A stretch of 64,000 nt of DNA from Bacteroidota bacterium. GTDB taxonomy: Bacteria > Bacteroidota > Bacteroidia > Flavobacteriales_D > Crocinitomicaceae. The first letter of the stretch is position 1. Each line of letters starts with the position of its first letter. The notes under the pieces are model-generated. The model saw nothing but the letters and a program-made list of their open reading frames with translations. It searched no databases and had not been told where the DNA came from. The DNA is taken from positions 53,106 through 117,105 of the forward strand of contig JBDKEM010000016.1 of assembly GCA_039795265.1 (NCBI GenBank), read 5' to 3'. This document shows, one piece after another, positions 1 to 9,070 of the stretch. A program made the position numbers and the translations under genes.

Positions 1-2
1 AA

Positions 3-329
3 CAGCGGATCGGTGATGTACTTTGTGGAACAATTGCGATTCGAAACAAATCTTCTCAGTACTATACTTTAACGGATGTTTTGACTATAAAAAATCGCGA
101 CAATCATGTCATAACGTATCCTGATGTAGCAAGATTTACGGATGATGATATGATGCTTGTAAAGAATTGTATTTTGAGTTATAAACGCAGTCCGAAAGGG
201 GAGGCATTAAACATTACAAAAGCGGTTTCAAAAGAGGCGGCTACACTATTAGGGTTAGAGGAAGTTCCCAAACCTACTATGAAATTTTTAGAAACTTTAC
301 TCAACGATTACGTTGTTTTGACCCGCTAA
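3..329 (+). CDS. 3' part of a CDS open to the left window edge (function unknown; possibly the C-terminus of an RDD-family membrane protein)
   Basis: The frame of the listed 81..329 ORF stays open back to nt 3 (..QRIGDVLCGTIAIRNKSSQYYTLTDV|LTIKNRD..), so the TTG at 81 is probably internal. The stop overlaps the rsmI start (TAATG at 327-331). The RDD-like 'GD.L.GT.' resemblance is weak. Confidence 0.4.
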   Translation, partial: QRIGDVLCGTIAIRNKSSQYYTLTDVLTIKNRDNHVITYPDVARFTDDDMMLVKNCILSYKRSPKGEALNITKAVSKEAATLLGLEEVPKPTMKFLETLLNDYVVLTR

Positions 330-1024
330 TGGCAACTTTAATTTTAGTACCAACTCCAGTTGGAAATTTAGAAGACATCACACTAAGAGCAATAAATGTC
401 TTAAAAAATTGTGCTTTTATTTATGCAGAGGATTCACGTGTTACTCGAAAATTGCTTCAACACTTAGGAATCGATAAGCGAATCGTTCCATTTCATGCTC
501 ATAACGAACATAAAATTTTAGAGCGAGCTGTTCAACATATTGAACAAGAAGAATTGCCCGTCGTATTGGTTTCTGATGCCGGAACACCTGGCATTTCTGA
601 TCCCGGATTTTTATTGGTGCGTGCAGCGATTGAACAAGGAATAAAGGTAGAATGTTTACCCGGTCCAACAGCTTTGATTCCAGCTCTGGTGGGAAGTGGA
701 TTCCCTTGCGATAAATTCGTTTTTGAAGGATTCTTACCACACAAAAAAGGACGTCAAACTCGCTTACAGTTGTTATCAACAGAAACGCGGACCATTGTTT
801 TTTACGAATCACCACATCGAATTTTGAAAACCCTAGAACAAATGATTCCTTTTTTCGGGGAACATCGGGAAGTCGTTGTAGCACGTGAAATTTCTAAACT
901 ATTTGAGACTTACCACCGCGGGACCGTTCAAGAGCAAGTTGCGTTTTTCAAAGAACATCCACCTAAAGGCGAAATCGTATTAATTGTTCGTGGGGTAGGG
1001 AAGGGAGACGAAAGTGAGGATTAA
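329..1024 (+). CDS. rsmI: 16S rRNA (cytidine1402-2'-O)-methyltransferase RsmI
   Basis: 231 aa. The N-terminus LILVPTPVGNLEDITLRA..L....FIYAEDSRVTRKLL and the motifs SDAGTPGISDPG and FYESPHR are typical of the tetrapyrrole-methylase-fold RsmI. Confidence 0.9.
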   Translation: MATLILVPTPVGNLEDITLRAINVLKNCAFIYAEDSRVTRKLLQHLGIDKRIVPFHAHNEHKILERAVQHIEQEELPVVLVSDAGTPGISDPGFLLVRAAIEQGIKVECLPGPTALIPALVGSGFPCDKFVFEGFLPHKKGRQTRLQLLSTETRTIVFYESPHRILKTLEQMIPFFGEHREVVVAREISKLFETYHRGTVQEQVAFFKEHPPKGEIVLIVRGVGKGDESED

Positions 1025-1058
1025 TCAACTATTTCATCATCTCTTCTAAGGTTAAAAT

Positions 1059-1955
1059 CTACAGAGATTCAATTTCCTTTTCAGAGAGTCCCGTTGCTTG
1101 TATAATAGTTTCAATCGAAACCCCTAATTTCTTCAATGATTTCGCGGTTTCAATTTTTCCTTTCTGAATTCCTTCTTGAATTCCTTTTTGAATTCCCTTC
1201 ATTTCGCCTTCTTGAAAACCTTCTAATTTGCCTTCATCAAAAGCGGTATCAATAGTGCTTTTATAGTCGCGGTAGATTTTAAGGTTCATTTCGTAATCAA
1301 AAAGATCGGATTGTCCCATTTTTGCCAATTCAGCAGTTTGAAAAGCTGGATTGAATACAGCGTCAGAAAAAATGGACGGAATTGACTGAAAGTCTTCTAA
1401 ATTTTTAATAAAGTACATCCATTGGTCTAAACGCGTTTTCAAATCATTTTCCTTCATTTTGAAATTTGGCATTTCTAAGTAAATGAAAGTCAGTTTATCG
1501 TAAAAGACTTTTCCTTTTTGATTCTTCAATTTTATGGTGTGTACGACTTCACTTTTTTCTGGTTCCGTTTCGTAATCGTCGAAGGTAAAGTCAAGGATTC
1601 CAACGCAATAAACGGATTTTAAATTGTAGTTCCAATCTCCTTTTTCAGCTTGTTCACGAATAGGAAAGGTGGAATAAAAAATCGTTCGGTCTTTAAAGAA
1701 ATTTTGTTTTGCTTTTTGTAATTCTACAATGAACTTTTCCCCTTTTTCGTTTTCACAAAAGATGTCATAAATGGCTTTACGGTCGAAGTCAGTTTGCCCT
1801 AAATGCTCGTTGTTTTTGAAATTTAAATCAACAATTTTATCATTGTCAGGAAGCAATGCATTTAAAAAATCAATTATAAGCGGTTTACTCGTCTCTTCGC
1901 CAAAGATTTTTTTGAAGCCAAAGTCGGTAAAAGGGTTGAGGTATTTCGCTTTCAT
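1059..1955 (-). CDS. Rpn-family recombination-promoting nuclease / PD-(D/E)XK 'putative transposase'
   Basis: 298 aa. The N-terminus MKAKYLNPFTDFGFKKIFGEE and the D..(D/E)IE.Q core (YDIFCENEKGEKFIVELQK) are typical of the family. The C-terminus has a repetitive GIQKGIQEGIQKG segment followed by a helical tail. Confidence 0.8.
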   Translation of the reverse strand: MKAKYLNPFTDFGFKKIFGEETSKPLIIDFLNALLPDNDKIVDLNFKNNEHLGQTDFDRKAIYDIFCENEKGEKFIVELQKAKQNFFKDRTIFYSTFPIREQAEKGDWNYNLKSVYCVGILDFTFDDYETEPEKSEVVHTIKLKNQKGKVFYDKLTFIYLEMPNFKMKENDLKTRLDQWMYFIKNLEDFQSIPSIFSDAVFNPAFQTAELAKMGQSDLFDYEMNLKIYRDYKSTIDTAFDEGKLEGFQEGEMKGIQKGIQEGIQKGKIETAKSLKKLGVSIETIIQATGLSEKEIESL

Positions 1956-2032
1956 TGGATGATGATTCTCAAAAAACTAAATTAATGATTTAAACTTTTC
2001 TTTGCCAAGTAGATATTTTAAAGAAATGTGAC

Positions 2033-2064
2033 AAAAAAAAGAGACCCGTTACCAGATCTCTTTT
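2033..2064 (-). terminator. Rho-independent terminator downstream of tig
   Basis: On the minus-strand RNA: AGAGAUC-loop-GGUCUCU (7 bp, one G.U) followed by U8 (A-run 2033-2040 on the plus strand). It lies 20 nt after the tig stop. Confidence 0.55.
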
Positions 2065-2084
2065 CAAGCTTAATTAAGTTTTTA

Positions 2085-3434
2085 TTACTGAGCATATTTT
2101 AAGAAGTCTTCGTAACTCATTGTTTTCTCAACAATTTTGCAAGTTGACTTCAAATAGTTGCCAATTGCAATTTCACTTGCTTGGCTGTGGAAGTAATTTA
2201 TTTTCTCACGGTCTTTCAACAAATCCATTGCTAATTTTTGAAGTTCTTCATCTTCTGGTGCTGGGAAACCGTAACGAGAGTAATTATCTACAACATATGC
2301 TTTTGCGAGGTCAATAGTTTGTTCAAAACCAACGTTAATATCGTTTTCCTTCATTACTTTGAATTGGAATAACTGCCATTTCAAACCTTTCAAATTGTTT
2401 TCCAATGAAGCATCCACTTCAGATTCCTTTACATTTTGCGTCATTACCATCCATTTTCTCAGAAATTCGACTGGAAATTCTAACTGTAAATTATCTAAAA
2501 TTGAATCAATAGTTTTAATACGATAAACACTTTCTGCATCTTTTCCGAAGTGTTTTTTCAAATCACTTGCGATGTGTTCACGCATTTGTTCTTCACTAGT
2601 TACAGTGTTATCAGGGAACAATCGGCTGAAGAAATCTTCATTTAATTCAGCAGGTTCCATGTGTTTAATATCAGTGATAGTGAATTTTAAATCGCCTGAA
2701 ACAGTAGCCAATTCTTCTGGTTTGATTCCTAAATAGCCAGCTTTATCTTCTTCGTTCTCAGAAAGTAAGTTAAGATCTAAAACTAAAACATCGTTCACTT
2801 TTTTACCTATCAACTGTTGTTTTCCAGCATCGTTTTTAATGAATTCAAGTGAAATTGTAGTTGAATGATCGATACCGCCTTCTGCCAAAGTACCATCTTC
2901 GTTCTGAGTTTGGAATTTACCAAGAACCATGTCGCTTTCACCAACTACTTCCGAAGAACTTAATTTACCATAACGACGACGTAAATCGTTAATATGATTC
3001 GTGATAAAAGTATCATCTACTGCCACAGAAACAAATTCGGTTTCCATTTTGCTGAAATCAGGCAATTCGAAGGTAGGCGTTAATCCAATTTCAAAGACGA
3101 ATTCAAAATCTGCCGGATCGTCAAAACTACCATTACTTCCATTTTCTAATTTTGGAATTGGATTTCCAAGAATATCGATGTTATTTTCTTGCAGAAATTT
3201 AGAAACTGATTCGTTGGTGATTTTGTCCAATTCTTCCGCTAATACTGCCTTACCGTATTGTTTTTGAATGATTCCAAAGGGAACATGTCCAGGACGAAAC
3301 CCAGGAATTTTAGCAGTTTTACGATATTTTTCAAGTGAAGATTTCACTTTGTCTTTGTAATCTTCTGGAGAGATTTGTACTTTTAAGATGGCATTCAACG
3401 CATCTACATCTTCGCGAACAATGTTCATTTTCAA
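2085..3434 (-). CDS. tig: Trigger factor (ribosome-associated chaperone/PPIase)
   Basis: 449 aa. The N-terminal ribosome-binding region contains KIPGFRPGHVP, which is the GFRxGxxP signature. Confidence 0.92.
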   Translation of the reverse strand: MKMNIVREDVDALNAILKVQISPEDYKDKVKSSLEKYRKTAKIPGFRPGHVPFGIIQKQYGKAVLAEELDKITNESVSKFLQENNIDILGNPIPKLENGSNGSFDDPADFEFVFEIGLTPTFELPDFSKMETEFVSVAVDDTFITNHINDLRRRYGKLSSSEVVGESDMVLGKFQTQNEDGTLAEGGIDHSTTISLEFIKNDAGKQQLIGKKVNDVLVLDLNLLSENEEDKAGYLGIKPEELATVSGDLKFTITDIKHMEPAELNEDFFSRLFPDNTVTSEEQMREHIASDLKKHFGKDAESVYRIKTIDSILDNLQLEFPVEFLRKWMVMTQNVKESEVDASLENNLKGLKWQLFQFKVMKENDINVGFEQTIDLAKAYVVDNYSRYGFPAPEDEELQKLAMDLLKDREKINYFHSQASEIAIGNYLKSTCKIVEKTMSYEDFLKYAQ

Positions 3435-3453
3435 TTATTTAAATTACATTAAA

Positions 3454-3487
3454 CAAAAAAGGTCTCAATTCTTCCGAACGAGACCTC
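3454..3487 (-). terminator. Hairpin plus U-tract immediately 3' of tRNA-Leu (terminator or processing hairpin)
   Basis: Minus-strand RNA: AGGUCUC-13 nt loop-GAGACCU followed by U6. It lies between the tRNA-Leu 3' end (3492) and the tig ATG (3434). Confidence 0.5.
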
Positions 3488-3491
3488 TAAG

Positions 3492-3573
3492 TGCGGATGG
3501 AGGGACTCGAACCCGCACACCTCTCGGCACCAGATCCTAAGTCTGGCGTGTCTACCAATTTCACCACATCCGC
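3492..3573 (-). tRNA. tRNA-Leu (anticodon TAG), class II with long variable arm
   Basis: The reverse complement reads GCGGATG..CCAGA-CTTAGGA-TCTGG..long variable arm..GGGTTCGAGTCCC..CATCCGC-A. The acceptor stem pairs 7/7 and the T-loop is TTCGAGT. One T-stem mismatch was seen by eye. Confidence 0.85.
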
Positions 3574-3673
3574 ATTTTATTTCAAACTTTTAACAGTTTC
3601 GTTCAACTGTTTGCCCGTTTTCGGGGTTGCAAATATAGGCATCTTTTAAAATCAAAATGCACTTTCAGAAAAA

Positions 3674-4441
3674 TTATTTTCGGTTTTCTTGCATCGAACT
3701 TCGAATCTCTTTCATGAATTCGGAGGCATACACAAAATCAATGATTTCTTGATTGTCCGTAGTAATAATACTTTTACTATTTCCCTGCCACCACTTTTTA
3801 CCTTGATAAATAAAGATGATATTGTCTCCAATTTCGATTACGGAGTTCATATCGTGAGTAATAACTATTGTAGTCATTTGATACTCACGTGTAATATCTT
3901 GAATTAAATTGTCAATTAAAATCGATGTTTTAGGGTCTAGTCCGGAGTTAGGTTCGTCACAAAACAAGTAGCTCGGATTCATAGAAATTGCGCGTGCAAT
4001 TCCAACACGTTTTTGCATTCCACCAGAACATTCAGAAGGAAACAATTTGTTCCTACCCGATAAATTCACCCGATCCAAGCAAAAGTCAACACGTTTTTGA
4101 ATTTCAGCTTTTGTCATTTTACTGAACATAGTTAAAGGAAATGCAACGTTTTCCTCAACTGTCATCGAATCAAATAGGGCCGCACCTTGAAAAAGCATCC
4201 CGATTTCTTGACGAATTTTACTGCGTTCATGTCGGTTCATTTGAGTGAAATCTCGTCCATCGTATAAAATCTGACCTTGATCAGCTTCGTGAAGTCCGAC
4301 CATGCATTTTGCAAGAACCGATTTTCCTTGACCAGATTGTCCTATGATCAGGTTTACTTTCCCTTTCTCGAATTTCGCGTTAATATCAAACAATACTTGC
4401 TGACTTGCGAATGATTTATTAATTCCGATGACCTCAACCAT
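3674..4441 (-). CDS. ABC transporter ATP-binding protein, MlaF-like
   Basis: Walker A GQSGQGKS, ABC signature CSGGMQKRVGIARA, Walker B LFCDEPNSGLD. The start abuts the stop of the MlaE-like permease (shared nt 4441). Confidence 0.85.
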   Translation of the reverse strand: MVEVIGINKSFASQQVLFDINAKFEKGKVNLIIGQSGQGKSVLAKCMVGLHEADQGQILYDGRDFTQMNRHERSKIRQEIGMLFQGAALFDSMTVEENVAFPLTMFSKMTKAEIQKRVDFCLDRVNLSGRNKLFPSECSGGMQKRVGIARAISMNPSYLFCDEPNSGLDPKTSILIDNLIQDITREYQMTTIVITHDMNSVIEIGDNIIFIYQGKKWWQGNSKSIITTDNQEIIDFVYASEFMKEIRSSMQENRK

Positions 4442-5172
4442 TATAACAAAAGCATTTGGGTGAGTAAGAAATTGGCAATTAATATAGTTACACTACTACT
4501 TACCACCGCTTGAGTAGATGATTTACCAACATCTAAAGAACCACCTTTTACATAATATCCATAAAAAGCAGATACAGAAACTATTAGAAATCCGAAAACC
4601 ACTGTTTTTGTTAATGCATAAGTAATGTTGTACGGGTCGAAAAATGCGCGTATTCCGAGTACATACGTTTCAGTTGTACTTAAATTCGATACCACCAAAG
4701 CAATCCAACCGCCCGTCATGCTCAATGCCATTGAAAAAATCACAAGAATAGGAAAGAAAATTACCGCAGCCATCACTTTGGGTAAAACCAAAAAGTTTAA
4801 TGAATTGACCCCCATTATTTCCAGGGCATCTATTTGTTCCGTAACACGCATAGTACCAATTTCCGAAGCGATGTTTGAACCTACTTTACCCGCTAAAATG
4901 AGAGAAATGATGGTGGGGGAAAATTCAAGAATGGTACTTGATTGCGTGATGTATCCAACTGTGTAAGCTGGCAAAAGTGGGTTCGACATATTCGAGGCCG
5001 TTTGAAGAGAAATAACTCCTCCAATGAAAGTGGACATAAGCGCCACAATTGGAAGCGAATTCAATCCAATTCCATCAATTTCGATGAATAGGCGTTTGAA
5101 AAATATACCCCAATGATTAGGTCGAGTAAAGACTACCTTCATCATTAATAAGTATTTTCCGATTTTTTCCAT
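4441..5172 (-). CDS. MlaE-family ABC transporter permease
   Basis: 243 aa polytopic protein with the segment LAGKVGSNIASEIGTMRVTEQIDALEIMGVN, characteristic of MlaE/Ttg2B permeases. Confidence 0.85.
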   Translation of the reverse strand: MEKIGKYLLMMKVVFTRPNHWGIFFKRLFIEIDGIGLNSLPIVALMSTFIGGVISLQTASNMSNPLLPAYTVGYITQSSTILEFSPTIISLILAGKVGSNIASEIGTMRVTEQIDALEIMGVNSLNFLVLPKVMAAVIFFPILVIFSMALSMTGGWIALVVSNLSTTETYVLGIRAFFDPYNITYALTKTVVFGFLIVSVSAFYGYYVKGGSLDVGKSSTQAVVSSSVTILIANFLLTQMLLL

Positions 5173-5322
5173 CTGAGCGGGCTAAATTACACATTTTTGA
5201 CGCATCAAAACATTAACAAATCTGCATTTCGATTTCCGGATGAAATAAGTGCCAACAATATTTTGTGAAAAATAGGGGAATTAGTTGAAGTTCTTTCTTG
5301 TCGACAAACGTATTTTTGCAGT

Positions 5323-5946
5323 ATGAACGAAAAAAAAGAACATTACATGAAGGTTTTCAGGAAATATTTGCCTGAAGAATTTGTGGAATATGTCACTGAT
5401 TTAGTTCTAAGAGATAAATTTGTTTTTAAAATCGTCCCGGGAAGAAAAACAAAATTGGGGGATTTCCGAGTTGATTTAACCACAAGGCAATTGACAATTA
5501 CGATAAACGGAGACCTAAATCCTTATCAATTTTTGATAACTACTTTACACGAGATAGCTCATTTAGAAACCTATAAAAAACACGGAACAAAAGTTCAGCC
5601 ACATGGAAATGAATGGAAGACCTTGTATGCTAATCTCCTCATGCCATTGATTGAAAGTGCTAAATTACCAAGGGAATTACATACGGTTGTTTTAGAGTCA
5701 ATTTATAATCCCAAAGCGGCTTCATGTTCCGACGTTGAATTGTCAAGAGCACTAAAAAAATTCGATAAAAATCAAAATGAATTGCTACTTGAACAGCTCC
5801 CCTTTAACACAATTTTTGAACTGGATGGAAGAGTTTTCAAGAAGGGGAATTTAAGGAGAAAACGATTTGAATGTATCGAAATTAAAACTGGAAAGATGTA
5901 CTTAATACATGCTCTTGCGGGCATAAAACATAGAAACAATGAATAA
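5323..5946 (+). CDS. SprT-like zinc-metalloprotease-domain protein
   Basis: 207 aa with an HExxH motif in the context TTLHEIAHLETYKKHG..PHGNEW. It overlaps manC by 8 nt. Confidence 0.6.
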   Translation: MNEKKEHYMKVFRKYLPEEFVEYVTDLVLRDKFVFKIVPGRKTKLGDFRVDLTTRQLTITINGDLNPYQFLITTLHEIAHLETYKKHGTKVQPHGNEWKTLYANLLMPLIESAKLPRELHTVVLESIYNPKAASCSDVELSRALKKFDKNQNELLLEQLPFNTIFELDGRVFKKGNLRRKRFECIEIKTGKMYLIHALAGIKHRNNE

Positions 5947-7003
5947 CAATTTTGGACTTATAATGGCAGGCGGAATCGGAAGTCGCTTTTGGCCAATGTC
6001 AACCCCTGAATTTCCGAAACAATTCTTAGATGTTTTAGGCATTGGTAAATCACTTTTACGCCTGACGTTTGAACGCTTGCAAGACCTTGCGCCAAACAAT
6101 CAGATTTATATCTTAACCAATTCGATTTATAAAGAGATTGTTTTGGAACAACTTCCAGAATTAACCGCTGACCAGGTATTATGTGAACCAGAAAGGAAAA
6201 ATACCGCTCCATGCATTGCTTACGCTGCAGCCAAAATCTACAGTTCGAACCCTGAAGCGAATCTAATAATTACACCGTCGGATCATTTGATTATCAATTC
6301 AAAACGTTTCAATGAGATTATCTCAACAGCTGTGGAAGTAGCGGAAAAGGAACATCGTTTGGTAACTTTAGGTATTCAACCAACTCGCCCTGATACAGGT
6401 TATGGTTATATCGAATTTGATAATTCTGATGGTGTTGAAGCTGGTAGAGCTTATTCTGTTGTGCAGTTTCGCGAAAAACCTAACTTGGCAACAGCCTCTG
6501 AATTTTTAGCTGCTGGAAATTTTTACTGGAATGCTGGAATTTTTGTTTGGAAAGCGAATGTCATTTTGGAGGCCTTAAAAGCTTTTCAACCAAAACTTTA
6601 TGACTTATTTATGGCAGATGGTTCTGTGTTTCATACTGATAGTGAAGAAGCCTTTGTTGCACATTGTTTTGCAGCATGCGAAGACATTTCAATTGACTTT
6701 GCAGTAATGGAACATGCGAAAAATATTTCGGTTGTTCTTGCCGATTTTGATTGGAGTGATTTAGGTACATGGGGAAGTTTAAATGAACATTTACCAAAAG
6801 ACGACTCTAACAATGCTCTAATTGGAGGACAAATTCACGCTTTCAATTGTGCTAATTTGCAAGTGAATGTACCCAACGGTAAAACGGTATTATTAGATGG
6901 ATTAAACGATTATATCGTTATTGATACTGCTGATAAACTTATGGTATTAAAGGCAGAAAATGAACAACAATTGAAAAACTACCTCAAAGAAATGGGGATG
7001 TAA
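5939..7003 (+). CDS. manC: Mannose-1-phosphate guanylyltransferase (GDP-mannose pyrophosphorylase)
   Basis: The N-terminus GLIMAGGIGSRFWPMS....PKQFL is the nucleotidyl-transferase G-loop. The length of 354 aa and the overall pattern are typical of ManC lacking the isomerase domain. Confidence 0.85.
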   Translation: MNNNFGLIMAGGIGSRFWPMSTPEFPKQFLDVLGIGKSLLRLTFERLQDLAPNNQIYILTNSIYKEIVLEQLPELTADQVLCEPERKNTAPCIAYAAAKIYSSNPEANLIITPSDHLIINSKRFNEIISTAVEVAEKEHRLVTLGIQPTRPDTGYGYIEFDNSDGVEAGRAYSVVQFREKPNLATASEFLAAGNFYWNAGIFVWKANVILEALKAFQPKLYDLFMADGSVFHTDSEEAFVAHCFAACEDISIDFAVMEHAKNISVVLADFDWSDLGTWGSLNEHLPKDDSNNALIGGQIHAFNCANLQVNVPNGKTVLLDGLNDYIVIDTADKLMVLKAENEQQLKNYLKEMGM

Positions 7004-7005
7004 TT

Positions 7006-8013
7006 ATGGTGAAAATTCGAGATATTGAGTTAGGGGAATTTCCTTTGTTATTGGCGCCGATGGAGGATGTGAGTGATCCACCTTTTCGCGCTCTTTGTAA
7101 AAAAAATGGAGCAGATTTGATGTATACTGAGTTCATCTCATCCGAAGGATTAATTCGAGACGCCGCTAAGAGTGTTCAGAAATTAGACATTTTTGAATAT
7201 GAACGCCCAATCGGAATCCAAATATTTGGCTCTGAAATTGAATCGATGATAGAAGCGACAAAAATCATTGAACAAACTAACCCTGACATCATCGACATTA
7301 ATTATGGTTGTCCGGTTAAGAAAGTGGCATGTAAAGGAGCAGGCGCGGGGATTTTACAAGATATTCCTAAAATGATTCGAATGACCGCAGAGATTGTAAA
7401 GGCAACTAATTTACCAGTTACTGTTAAAACGCGCTTAGGTTGGGACGATGACTCGAAACATATTGTTGAGGTTGCGGAACGCTTACAAGATGTGGGTATA
7501 GAGGCACTTTCTATACATGGTCGAACGCGGAAACAAATGTATAAAGGTGATGCAGATTGGACCTTGATTGGGGAAGTTAAAAACAACCATCGAATGCGCA
7601 TTCCAATTTTTGGTAATGGCGATATTGACTCTCCTGAAAAAGCGGTGGAGTATAAAAATCGATATGGTGTTGATGGTGTAATGATTGGTCGCGCAAGTAT
7701 TGGATATCCATGGGTTTTTAATGAAATAAAGCATTATATCAAAACGGGTCAACATTTACCAAAACCTGGTATTTCAGAACGTGTTGAAGTAACGAGAGAT
7801 CACTTGTTGATGAGTATTAAATGGAAAGGAGAGGTGTTGGGAATCAATGAAATGAAACGTCATTATACCAATTATTTCAAAGGGATTTCTCACTTTAAAG
7901 AGTACAGGCAACGCATGGTGAGCTCGAATTCTTTGGATGAAATTTTAGAGATTCTCAAATATATTGAAACCCATCAAGAGGAATTTGAATTTGTGATGCC
8001 TATTGAGTCTTAA
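7006..8013 (+). CDS. dusB: tRNA-dihydrouridine synthase (DusB-like)
   Basis: LLLAPMEDVSDPPFR, INYGCPVKKV and HGRTR motifs of the Dus TIM barrel. 335 aa. Confidence 0.9.
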   Translation: MVKIRDIELGEFPLLLAPMEDVSDPPFRALCKKNGADLMYTEFISSEGLIRDAAKSVQKLDIFEYERPIGIQIFGSEIESMIEATKIIEQTNPDIIDINYGCPVKKVACKGAGAGILQDIPKMIRMTAEIVKATNLPVTVKTRLGWDDDSKHIVEVAERLQDVGIEALSIHGRTRKQMYKGDADWTLIGEVKNNHRMRIPIFGNGDIDSPEKAVEYKNRYGVDGVMIGRASIGYPWVFNEIKHYIKTGQHLPKPGISERVEVTRDHLLMSIKWKGEVLGINEMKRHYTNYFKGISHFKEYRQRMVSSNSLDEILEILKYIETHQEEFEFVMPIES

Positions 8014-9067
8014 CTTTATCCTTAATACTGAGGATGATATAAGTGCCTAGAATAAGATAAAGGGGTATTTCATTTCTGTACCCATAGGATTCTACTTTGA
8101 CGAAAATTAAGTTCGTTAAAAAGTACAACCAAAAGAGCATGAGCATGGAATTTTCATTTCGGAAAAATGATTTGATTTTGAGGAGTTTTATGGTAATGTA
8201 TGTTCCCAAAGAGAAAAGTAAAATCCAATGAATTCGAATTTTAAATTCTGGTACAAGCGTCGGAAGATAACCAATTTGAAATAGAGCTTTTTTAATGAAA
8301 TATATTCCGTTTGAGTTTTGGATTAATTGAAAAGAATCGGAAGCGCCCTCTGTGGGTAATAAGTGAATTTCACCAGTTTGTAAGAGATTGAAGAACCCCA
8401 AGGTACTAGGAATCGTTGTAAGTAATAACGCATTTATAAAAAAGACCTTTGAACATTTGAATCGTTGCCATAAGTTAAATAGGTAAAAAGGAAGAAAGAG
8501 CGACCAACTCATTCTAGTTAAAACGATAATTCCAAATAGGATTACTTCAGGATAACTATTTTTTGGATTCTCAATGTTTTTTAAATTGGGAAGAAGGAAG
8601 CTTAGCCACAATAAAATAAAAGAACACGTTAACGGTTCACTTAAAAGCCGAACAGAATAGTTTGGAAAAAAGTCAATTAGCAACCACAAATTAAGAAATC
8701 CTACAGAATAAATGAAATTTCTTGACGTATAATTGCGCTGAATTACTTTTAAAAAATAGATAGCACAAATAATTAGTACAGCACATTGAATCAAAAAATA
8801 GGGAACCATATTTCTCCCGAAAAAAGGAAAAAATACGGCTAAAAAGTAATTGTAAAGCCAACTCCCAGGCCCGTAATATGCACCTTTTGAAATGAGCAGG
8901 TTACCGTTCGAAATAGATGAGGCATTATCTAAGTAACGAAACCAGTCGTCATAAACATTGTAGCTGTCCTGTGGATAATATCCAAAAAAAAGACGAAGCA
9001 CTAAAAGTAAAAATACGAACCCGACAGAATAGGGGAGGAGTTCGTTTATTTTTTCACTTTTGAACAC
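8000..9067 (-). CDS. Polytopic membrane protein, possibly a short GT-C-fold (ArnT/PMT_2-like) glycosyltransferase
   Basis: 355 aa with about 10-11 hydrophobic helices. The first external loop carries YDDWFRYLDNASSISNGNLL, reminiscent of the acidic-aromatic loop motif of GT-C enzymes. It lies 3 nt downstream of the SUFU-like gene. The functional call is inference only. Confidence 0.5.
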   Translation of the reverse strand: MFKSEKINELLPYSVGFVFLLLVLRLFFGYYPQDSYNVYDDWFRYLDNASSISNGNLLISKGAYYGPGSWLYNYFLAVFFPFFGRNMVPYFLIQCAVLIICAIYFLKVIQRNYTSRNFIYSVGFLNLWLLIDFFPNYSVRLLSEPLTCSFILLWLSFLLPNLKNIENPKNSYPEVILFGIIVLTRMSWSLFLPFYLFNLWQRFKCSKVFFINALLLTTIPSTLGFFNLLQTGEIHLLPTEGASDSFQLIQNSNGIYFIKKALFQIGYLPTLVPEFKIRIHWILLFSLGTYITIKLLKIKSFFRNENSMLMLFWLYFLTNLIFVKVESYGYRNEIPLYLILGTYIILSIKDKVKTQ

Positions 9068-9070
9068 GGA

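Noticed and set aside
441-884. A 147-aa minus-strand ORF inside rsmI. Similar antisense ORFs occur inside dnaK (31574..32047, 32376..32693, 32645..32935) and lon.
   Set aside because: They lie entirely within strongly supported conserved genes on the opposite strand and have no motifs or independent signals.
1059-1955. The Rpn-family gene, considered as an active insertion sequence.
   Set aside because: No terminal inverted repeats, direct target duplications or second transposition gene are visible in the 34-nt and 129-nt flanks. It is treated as a stand-alone nuclease gene.
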